This document shows positions 53,388 through 64,000 of a stretch of DNA of 64,000 bases, piece after piece. The DNA is from Chrysomallon squamiferum (taxonomy: Eukaryota > Animalia > Mollusca), in assembly GCA_012295275.1 (NCBI GenBank), contig CM022678.1, positions 6,324,001-6,388,000 of the forward strand, read 5' to 3'. The notes under the pieces were generated by a model. It made no database searches and had not been told where the DNA came from. It worked only from the letters and a program-made list of their open reading frames with translations. A program made the translations under genes and the position numbers. Within the stretch, counting starts at the first letter, position 1; the number at the start of each line of letters is the position of its first letter.

Positions 53388-54424
53388 TACATCCAGATAA
53401 AAAAAAAGAAAATAAGAATGTTAATAGGTAAAATTATTTCGTTGGAATTGATGGTTAATAATCTTGATACATAATGCATTATTTAACTGATGATGAAATT
53501 GTAATATCTTTTAGACTTATATAAACATTTTCAAAGCATTAAGACTGTTTCAATACTTACTGGTATCAGTAGGTGTTGCTAAAAAAAATGGAATAAAATA
53601 GTTAATGAAATTGAGGAATATTAAAGACACTGAAAACAATTCTAGGAAAAAGATTTTTTCACAAAGCTGGTTAATGTAAGTTCGTCCTCTTTCCCAATCG
53701 ATATATTTTATAACGGAACTTTTGGTACAGAATAAAGTTAATGAAAGAATTATATTTCATCAGTTATCTCATTAGAACTTTAAGATGAAGAAAAAGGGAA
53801 CATCACCTTTCTGATTGTGCAAAAAAACGAAAAAGACTTTTTTCAGAACTAAGGAAACATTATTTTGTTCAAACTCATAGTTAGTAAGTACCGTTTTTCC
53901 TCCATTACTTAATTGAGTATGAAATTTTAAAGTCTTTTATATTTACATACATAAATATTTTCAAAATATTAAAATTGTTTCCATACTTACTGATTGTAGT
54001 AGGTATCGCTACAAAATAAATATTGAATATATATATATATATAATTATCGAATAAAAAAGTTAATAATGTGAATCTGGAGAAATTAGTAAGATTTCCTTA
54101 GAACTAAGGTAAAATTATTTCTTTCAAATTGATACTTGATAAACATGCTACATATTGCATTATTTAACTGATGATGAAATAGTAATATCCTTTAGACTTA
54201 TATAAACATTTTCAAAACATTAAAACTGTTTCATTAGTTACTGGTAGTAGTAGGTGTTCCTACAAGAAAAATGGAATAAAATAATTAATGACTTTGAGGA
54301 ATATTAAACATATTCAAACCAATTATTGGAAAAAGATTGTTTCACAAAGTTGGTTTATGTAACTGTGTCCTCTTTCCTAATTGATATATTTTAAAACGGA
54401 ACTGTTTGTACACAAGAACCCAAG

Positions 54425-54458
<34 letters not shown>

Positions 54459-54840
54459 GGTAATCAAATATTTAATAATTTAATTTTAGTATGGTGATAT
54501 ACTTTAAAAAGAGGGCTCTGATAATTAGTTCAGCTTTTTTTCTATCAAAGAAATATAATGTAACAATTATATTTCATCAGTTATTTCACTAGAACTTTAA
54601 AAACAAAAAAAGGGTAACATCACCTTTCTGAATGTGGAAAAATGGAAAAGATTTTTAGAAAACTAAGGTAAAATTATTTTGTTCAACCTCATAGTTAATA
54701 AATATATTGTGTCCTCCATTACTGAATTGATTATGAAATTTGAATATCTTTCAGAGTTATATACATAAATATTTTCCAAACATTAAAATTGTTTCCATAC
54801 TTACTGGCTGTAGTAGGTGTCACTACAAAATAAATAAAGA

Positions 54841-54893
<53 letters not shown>

Positions 54894-56328
54894 TCAATAT
54901 CAAAAAAAAAATTAAGAATGTTAATAGGTAAAATTATTTCGTTGGAATTGATGGTTAATAATCTTGATACATAATGCATTATTTAACTGATGATGAAATT
55001 GTAATATCTTTTAGACTTATATAAACATTTTCAAAGCATTAAGACTGTTTCAATACTTACTGGTATCAGTAGGTGTTGCTACAAAAAATGGAATAAAATA
55101 GTTAATGAAATTGAGGAATATTAAAGATACTCAAAACAATTCTAGGAAAAAGATTTTTTCACAAAGCTGGTTAATGTAACTTCGTCCTCTTTCCCAATCG
55201 ATATATTTTATAACAGAACTTTTGGTACAGAATAAAGTTAATGAAAGAATTATATTTCATCAGTTATGTCATTAGAACTTTAAGATGAAGAAAAAGGGAA
55301 CATCAGCTTTCTGAATGTGGAAAAACGAAAAAGACTTTTTTCAGAACTAAGGAAACATTATTTTGTTCAAACTCATAGTTAGTAAGTACCGTTTTTCCTC
55401 CATTACTTAATTGAGTATGAAATTTTAAAGTCTTTTAGATTTACATACATAAATATTTTCAAAATATTAAAATTGTTTCCATACTTACTGATTGTAGTAG
55501 GTATCGCTACAAAATAAATATTGAATATATATATATAATTATCGAATAAAAAAATTAATAATGTTAATCTGGAGAAATTAGTAAGATTTGCTTAGAACTA
55601 AGGTAAAATTATTTCTTTCAAATTGATACTTTATAAACATGCTACATACTGCATTATTTAACTGACGATGAAATTGGACTATCCGTTAGACTTATATAAA
55701 CATTTTCAAAACATTAAAACTGTTTCGTTAGTTTCTGGTAGTAGTAGGTGTTCCTACAAGAAGAAATGGAATAAAATAGTTAATGACTTTGAGGAATATT
55801 AAACATATTCAAACCAATTATAGGAAAAAGATTGTTTCACAAAGTTGGTTCATGTAACTGTGTCCTCTTTCCTAATTGATATATTTTAAAACGGAACTGT
55901 TCGTACACAAGAACCCCAGTATATATATAAATATATATATATAGGTAATCGAATATTTAATAATTTAATTTTAGTATAGTGATATACTTTAAAAAGAGGG
56001 CTCTGATAATTAGTTCAGCTTTTTTTTTATCAAAGAAATATAATGTAACAATTATATTTCATCAGTTATTTCACTAGAACTTTAAAAACAAAAAAAGGGT
56101 AACATCACCTTTCTGAATGTGGAAAAATGGAAAAGATTTTTAGAAAACTATGCTAAAATTATTTTGTTCAACCTCATAGTTAATAAATATATTGTGTCCT
56201 CCATTACTGAATTGATTATGAAATTTGAATATCTTTCAGAGTTATATACATAAATATTTTCCAAACATTAAAATTGTTTCCATACTTACTGGTTGTAGTA
56301 GGTGTCACTACAAAATAAATAAAGAATG

Positions 56329-56392
<64 letters not shown>

Positions 56393-59300
56393 GATATCCA
56401 ATAAAAAAATTAAGAATGTTAATAGGTAAAATTATTTCGTTGGAATTGATGGTTAATAAACTTGATACATAATGCATTATTTAACTGATGATGAAATTGT
56501 AATATCTTTTAGACTTATATAAACATTTTCAAAGCATTAAGACTGTTTCAATACTTACTGGTATCAGTAGGTGTTGCTACAAAAAATGGAATAAAATAGT
56601 TAATGAAATTGAGGAATATTAAAGATACTCAAAACAATTCTAGGAAAAAAATTTTTTCACAAAGGTTGGTTAATGTAACTTCGTCCTCTTTCCCAATCGA
56701 TATATTTTATAACAGAACTTTTGGTACAGAATAAAGTTAATGAAAGAATTATATTTCATCAGTTATGTCATTAGAACTTTAAGATGAAGAAAAAGGGAAC
56801 ATCAGCTTTCTGAATGTGCTAAAAAACGAAAAAGACTTTTTCAGAACTAAGGAAACATTATTTTGTTCAAACTCATAGTTAATAAGTACGGTTTATTCTC
56901 CATACTTCATAAACATGATACATAATCCTTTATTTAACTGATGATCAAATTGTAACATCTTTTAGACTTATATAAAAATTTTGAAAACATTAAAACTGTT
57001 TCATTACTTACTGGTAGTAGTAGGTGTTGCTACAAAAAAAAAAATGGAAAAAAATAGTTAATGAAATTGGCTAATATTAAACATACTCAAAGCAATTCTA
57101 AGAAAAAGATTTTTTCACAAAGTTGGTTAATGTAAGTTTGTCCTCTTTCCCAATCGATATATTTGATAATGGAACTGATTGAACAGAATAAAGTTAATGA
57201 CAGGATTACATTTCATCAGTTATTTCATTAGAACTTTAAGAAGAAGAATAGTGGAACATCATCTTTCTGAATGTGGAAAAATGAAGAAGATTTTTTTCAC
57301 AACTAAGGTAACATTATGTTGTTCAAACTCTTAGTTAATAAATATCCTGTATCCTCCATTACTGAATTGATTGTGAAATTTTAATATCTTTTAGAGTTAC
57401 ATACATAAATATCTTCAAAATATTAAAATTGTTTCCATACTTACTGGTTGTACCAGGTGTCGCTACAAAATAAATATTAAATATATATATTTATATATAA
57501 TTATCCAATAAAAAAATTAATAATGTGAATCTGGAGAAATTAGTAAGATTTCGTTAGAACTAATGTAAAATTATTTCGTTCAAACTGATGCTTCATAAAC
57601 GTGCTACATACTGCATTATTTAACTGATGATGAAGAAGTAATATCGTTTTGACATATAAATATTTTAAAAACTTTAAAACTGTTTCATTACTTACTGGTA
57701 GTAGTAGGTGGTGCTACAAAAAATGGAATTAAATAATTAATGACATTGACGAATATTAAACATACTCAAAACAATTGTAGGAAAAAGATTGTTTCAGAAA
57801 GTTGGTCCATGCAACTTTGTCCTCTTTCCCAATTGATATATTTTATAACGGAACTGTTCGTACACAAGAACCCAAGTGTATACATATGTATAACAAAAAA
57901 ATAAATAATTTAGTTATACTGTAGACATATATTTTAAAAAGAGGGATGTAATAATTATTTCAGCATTTTGTTATGGAATAAAGTTAATGAAAGAATTATA
58001 TTTCTTCAGTTATTATACTAGAATTTTAAAAAGAAGAAAAGAAAGTCACCTTTCTGAATGTGCAAAAAATGAAAAACACTTTATCAGAACTATGGTAACA
58101 TTATTTTTTCAAACCCATAGCTAATAAATACTCTGTACCTTCCGTTACTTAATTGATTCGAAATTTTAAAATATTTTAGAGTTATATATATAAATATTTT
58201 CAGAACATTAAAATTATTTCCATACTTACTGGTTGTTGTAGGTGTTGCTGCAAAATAAATATGAAATTATATATATATATATATCCAACAAAAAAATTTC
58301 AATGAGAATCTGGAAAAAATACTAAGATTTTCTTAGACCTAAGATAAAATTACTTCATTCAAATTTATGGTTAATAAACATGTTACATACTGTTTTATTT
58401 AAATGATTATGAAATTGGAATATCCTTTAGACTCATATAAACATTTTCAAAACATTAAAACTGTTTCATTACTTACTGGTAGTAGTAGGTGTTCCTACAA
58501 AAAAAAAATGGAATAAAATAATTAATGACTTTGACGAATATTAAACATATTCAAACCAATTGTAGGAAAAAGATTTTTTCAAAAAGTTGGTTCATGTAAC
58601 TTCGTCCTCTTTCCCAATCGATATAATTTATAACAGAACTTTTGGTACAGAATAAAGTTAATGAAAGAATTATATTTCATCAGTTATGTCATTAGAACTT
58701 TAAGATGAAGAAAAGGGGAACATCACCTTTCTGAATATGGAAAAATGAAAAAGGCTTTTTTCAGAACTAAGGAAACATTATTTTGTTCAAACTCATGGTT
58801 AATAAGTACGGTTTATCCTCCATTACTTAATTGATTATGAAATTTTAAACTCTTTTAGAGTTACACACATAAATATTTTCAAAATATTAAAATTGTTTCC
58901 ATACTTACTGCTTCTAGTAAGTATCGCTACAAAATAAATATTGAATATAAATATATAATTATCGAATAAAAAAATTAATAAGGTGAATCTGGAGAAATTA
59001 GTAAGATTTCCTTAGAACTAAGATAAAATTATTTCTTTCAAATTGATACTTGATAAACATGCTACATACTGCATTATTTAACTGATGACGAAATACTAAT
59101 ATCCTTTAGACTTATATAAACATTTTCAAAACATTAAAACTGTTTCATTAGTTACTGGTAGTAGTAGGTGTTCCTACAAGAAAAAATGGAATAAAATAGT
59201 TAATGACTTTCAGGAATATTAAACATATTCAAACCAATTCTAAGAAAAAGATTGTTTTACAAAGTTGGTCCATGCAACTGTGTCCTCTTTCCTAATTGAT

Positions 59301-59746
59301 ATATTTTAAAACGGAACTGTTTGTACAAAAGAACCCCAGTATATATATAAATGTATATATATATAGGTAATCGAATATTCAATAATTTAATTTTAGTATG
59401 GTGATATACTTTAAAAAGAGGGCTCTGATAATTAGTTCAGCTTTTTTTTATCGAAGAAATATAATGTAACAATTATATTTCATCAGTTATTTCACTAGAA
59501 CTTTAAAAACAAGAAAAGGGTAACATCACCTTTCTGAACGTGGAAAAATGGAAAAGATTTTTAGAAAACTAAGGTAAAATTATTTTGTGCAAACTCTTAG
59601 TTAATAAATATGTTGTATCCTCCATTACTGAATTGATTATGAAATTTTAATATGTTTCAGAGTTACATACATAAATATTTTCCAAACATTAAAATTGTTT
59701 CCATACTTACGGGTTGTAGTAGGTGTCGCTACAAAATAAATAAAGA

Positions 59747-59793
<47 letters not shown>

Positions 59794-61915
59794 AACACAC
59801 ATATCCAATAAAAAAAATTAAGAATGTTAATAGGTAAAATTATTTCGTTGGAATTGATGGTTAATAATCTTGATACATAACGCATTATTTAACTGATGAT
59901 GAAATTGTAATATCTTTTAGACTTATATAAACATTTTCAAAGCATTGAGACTGTTTCAATACTTACTGGTATCAGTAGGTGTTGCTACAAAAAATGGAAT
60001 AAAATAGTTAATGAAATTGAGGAATATTAAAGATACTCAAAACAATTCTAGGAAAAAGATTTTTTCACAAAGCTGGTTAATGTAACTTCGTCCTCTTTCC
60101 CAATCGGTATATTTTATAACGGAACTTTTGGTACAGAATAAAGTTAACGAAAGAATTATATTTCTTCAGTTATTATACTAGAATTTTAAAAAGAAGGAAA
60201 GAAAATCACCTTTCTGAATGTGCAAAAAATGAAAAACACTTTCTCAGAACTATGCTAACATTATTTTTTCAAACCCATATCTAATAAATACTCTGTACCT
60301 TCCGTTACTTAATTGATTCGAAATTTTAAAATATTTTTTAGAGTTATATATATAAATATTTTCAGAACATTAAAATTATTTATATACTTACTGGTTGTTC
60401 TAGGTGTGTCTGCAAAATAAATATGAAATTATATATATATATATATCCAACAAAAAAATTTCAATGAGAATCTGGAAAAAATACTAAGATTTTCTTAGAC
60501 CTAAGATAAAATTACTTCGTTCAAATTTATTGTTAATAAACATGTTACATACTGTTTTATTTAAATGATTATGAAATTGGAATATCCTTTAGACTCATAT
60601 AAACATTTTCAAAACATTAGAACTGTTTCATTACTTACTGGTAGTAGTAGGTGTTCCTACAAAAAAAAAAATGGAATAAAATAATTAATGACTTTGACGA
60701 ATATTAAACATATTCAAACCAATTGTAGGAAAAAGATTTTTTCAAAAAGTTGGTTAATGTAACTTCGTCCTCTTTCCCAATCGATATAATTTATAACAGA
60801 ACTTTTGGTACAGAATAAAGTTAATGAAAGAATTATATTTCATCAGTTATGTCATTAGAACTTTAAGATGAAGAAAAGGGGAACATCACCTTTCTGAATA
60901 TGGAAAAATGAAAAAGGCTTTTTTCAGAACTAAGCAAACATTATTTTGTTCAAACTCATGGTTAATAAGTATGCTGTATCCTCCATTACTGAATTGATTA
61001 TGAAATTTTAAACTCTTTTAGAGTTACATACATAAATATTTTCAAAATATTAAAATTGTTTCCATACTTACTGCTTCTAGTAATTATCGCTACAAAATAA
61101 ATATTGAATATAAATATATAATTATCGAATAAAACAATTAATCATGTGAATCTGGAGAAATTAGTAAGATTTCCTTAGAACTAAGATAAAATTATTTCTT
61201 TCAAATTGATACTTGATAAACATGCTACATACTGCATTATTTAACTGATGACGAAATACTAATATCCTTTAAACTTATATAAACATTTTGGAAACATTAA
61301 AACTGTTTCATTAGTTACTGGTAGTAGTAGGTGTTGCTACAAGAAAAAATGGAATAAAATAATTAATGACTTTCAGGAATATTAAACATATTCAAACCAA
61401 TTGTAAGAAAAAGATTGTTTCACAAAGTTGGTCCATGCAACTGTGTCCTCTTTCCTAATTGATATATTTTAAAACGGAACTGTTCGTACAAAAGAACCCC
61501 AGTATATCTATAAATGTATATATATATAGGTAATCGAATATTCAATAATTTAATTTTAGTATGGTGATATACTTTAAAAAGAGGGCTCTGATAATTAGTT
61601 CATCTTTTTTTATTTCTAAGAAATATAATGAAAGAATTATATTTCATCATTTATGTCATTAGAACTTTAAAAACAAGAAAAGGGTAACATCACCTTTCTG
61701 AACGTGGAAAAATGGAAAAGATTTTTAGAAAACTAAGGTAAAATTATTTTGTTCAAACTCTTAGTTAATAAATATGTTGTATATCCTCCATTACTGAATT
61801 GATTATGAAATTTTAATATCTTTCAGAGTTACATACATAAATATTTTCCAAACATTAAAATTGTTTCCATACTTACGGGTTGTAGTAGGTGTCACTACAA
61901 AATAAATAAAGAATG

Positions 61916-61964
<49 letters not shown>

Positions 61965-63713
61965 CCAATGAAAAAATTAAGAATGTTAATAGGTAAAATT
62001 ATTTCGTTGGAATTGATGGTTAATAATCTTGATACATAATGCATTATTTAACTGATGATGAAATTGTAATATCTTTTAGACTTATATAAACATTTTCAAA
62101 GCATTGAGACTGTTTCAATACTTACTGGTATCAGTAGGTGTTGCTACAAAAAATGGAATAAAATAGTTAATGAAATTGAGGAATATTAAAGATACTCAAA
62201 ACAATTCTAGGAAAAACATTTTTTTCACAAACCTGGTTAATGTAACTTCGTCCTCTTTCCCAATCGATATATTTTATAACAGAACTTTTGGTACAGAATA
62301 AAGTTAATGAAGGAATTATATTTCATCAGTTATGTCATTACAACTTTAAGATGAAGAAAAGGGGAACATCACCTTTCTGAATGTGGAAAAACGAAAAAGA
62401 CTTTTTTCAGAACTAAGGAAACATTATTTTGTTCAAACTCATAGTTAATAAGTATGCTGTATCCTCCATTACTGAATTGATTATGAAATTTTAAAGTCTT
62501 TTAGATTTACATACATAAATATTTTCAAAATATTAAAATTGTTTCCATACTTACTGGTTGTAGTAGGTATCGCTACAAAATAAATATTGAATATATATAT
62601 ATATAATTATCGAATAAAAAAATTAATAATGTGAATCTGGAGAAATTAGTAAGATTTCCTTAGAAGTAACGTAAAATTATTTCTTTCAAATTGATACTGG
62701 ATAAGCATGGTAGATACTTCATTATTTAACTGATGATGAAATAGTAATATCCTTTAGACTTATATAAACATTTTCAAAACATTAAAACTGTTTCATTAGT
62801 TACTGGTAGTAGTAGGTGTTCCTACAAGAAAAAATGGAATAAAATAGTTAATGACTTTCAGGAATATTAAACATATTCAAACGAATTGTAGGAAAAAGAT
62901 TGTTTCACAAAGTTGGTCCATGCAACTGTGTCCTCCTTCCTAATTGATATATTTTAAAACGGAACTGTTTGTACACAAGAACCCCAGTATATATATAAAT
63001 GTATATATATATAGGTAATCGAATATTTAATAATTTAATTTTAGTATTGTGATATACTTTAAAAAGAGGGCTCTGATAATTAGTTCACCTTTTTTTAATC
63101 AAAGAAATATAATGTAAGAATTATATTTCATCAGTGATTTCAGTAGAACTTTAAAAACAAGAAAAGGGGAACATCACTTTTCTGAATCTGGAAAAATGAA
63201 AACTGTTTTATCTGAAGTTTTAATTGACCAGTTTGTGTAATTTCAAGACCATATAAATTGTTCTAATATTTACTGGAAGACGACGTCTAGAAGTAACAGA
63301 ATAAAATAAAATAAAATAAAATAAAAACATTGTTAATCAACCTGACATACATAAACGATATTTTATTAGAATTAAAGAACAGTAAACCATTCTAAGAAAA
63401 ATGTATTTCAGAAAATAATGAAGCAATATGATTTTATCTGATTCTTGAAAAGATGGAAAAGACTGACTATACTGGGATTACTAACACCCTTTACTGGTCC
63501 TAAGCAAACATGTTCAGATTCCAACTTCTGCTTTATAAATATATTATATACAGTATTATTTAATTATAAAAATAGTGAAAAAAAAATGGCTCGATTCTTA
63601 GAAAGGATTATTAAGATACGTGTATCTATCTTTGTACTTTTTCTTTATTTTATTATTTGTTTTATTTTTATTTCTTTTTATATATAATAACTTACCTGTT
63701 GTTCGAGATGAAC
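40637..63713 (-). CDS. Micro-exon gene C (5' part beyond the window): Thr/Pro-rich mucin-like protein encoded by ~58 18-nt exons
   Basis: Repeated tttt(g)YAG|CAACACCTACTACTACCA|GTAAGT-type exons every ~230-560 bp, e.g. 62821-62804, 62572-62555, 62143-62126, 61894-61877 ... 43420-43403, 43175-43158, 41609-41592; upstream exon 63713-63696; stop exon 40647-40630. Hexapeptides TTPTTT, RTPTTT, TIPTTI, TTPTDT, MTPTTT, TTPRTT; ends TTPRRT-TTPAAV-CDW*. No stop codon in any exon before the last. Confidence 0.8.
42350..63200. repeat. Complex tandem array of exon+intron units with higher-order periods of ~1.49, ~2.16 and ~2.39 kb
   Basis: MTPTTT-type exon at 50318, 51807, 53295, 54805, 56290; block pairs 45400/47783, 46188/48573, 58230/60392, 59711/61877. 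Confidence 0.92.
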
Positions 63714-64000
63714 CTGAAAAAGGTAAAATAACAATAAATATAATCATATGAAATATAAAAAGTATTAATAATTTGATTTTTATTTCTTTTTAAAATAAAA
63801 TAAACAAAAATATAAAGATAAGAGGTATAAATACTATTACTTTATAGAATTCGTTTGTGTTTTAGATTTATAAATAATTTCAACACAATAAAAAAATTGT
63901 TTAAGCATTTGCTCGAAGATGGCACACAAGATAACACTAATATTAGAATAAAAATAGAATGAAATTATTAATATAGGAACATTAAATATATTTTATTAGA

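Noticed and set aside
47220-59885. Repeated 60-80 aa ORFs containing VATPTTTS or VVTPTTTS
   Set aside because: Read-through across single 18-nt exons into introns; only the hexapeptide is plausibly coding.
41592-62821. Antifreeze glycoprotein identity
   Set aside because: Established AFGP repeats are Ala-Ala-Thr tripeptides; these hexapeptides are Thr/Pro-rich and almost Ala-free.
42350-63200. Interpretation as non-coding satellite or transposon array
   Set aside because: No transposase, RT, TIR or LTR features; invariant 18-nt stop-free units with conserved splice sites and a proper gene 3' end fit a gene better.
63274-63286. Possible gene C exon with AG/GT
   Set aside because: 13 nt, so it would shift the frame; it looks like a decayed unit.

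Overview
Very AT-rich, microsatellite-dense animal DNA. The style suggests a mollusc, probably a cephalopod, but that is inference. Almost all ORF-track entries are simple-repeat artefacts. The real content is: (1) an 11-exon OATP/SLCO4-like organic anion transporter on + (7171-16542, ~664 aa); (2) a 41-bp minisatellite (~17.6-19.7 kb); (3) a small secreted protein on - with a signal peptide, an acidic tract and one TSP1 domain (~21.1-23.35 kb); (4) three paralogous micro-exon genes invisible to ORF calling, built almost entirely from symmetric phase-1 exons of 18 nt (occasionally 12, 24 or 27 nt) with canonical AG/GT sites. Gene A (+, 198-5271, 5' partial) and gene B (-, ~37145-25177, complete with TATA box, 5'UTR exon and signal-peptide exon carrying a 1-nt frameshift) encode Ser/Gly/Thr-rich hexapeptide strings. 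Gene C (-, >63713-39393, 5' partial) has ~58 intact 18-nt exons encoding TTPTTT-type mucin-like repeats, amplified in 1.5-2.4 kb higher-order genomic repeats. All exon calls and counts were made by eye and need RNA-seq confirmation.
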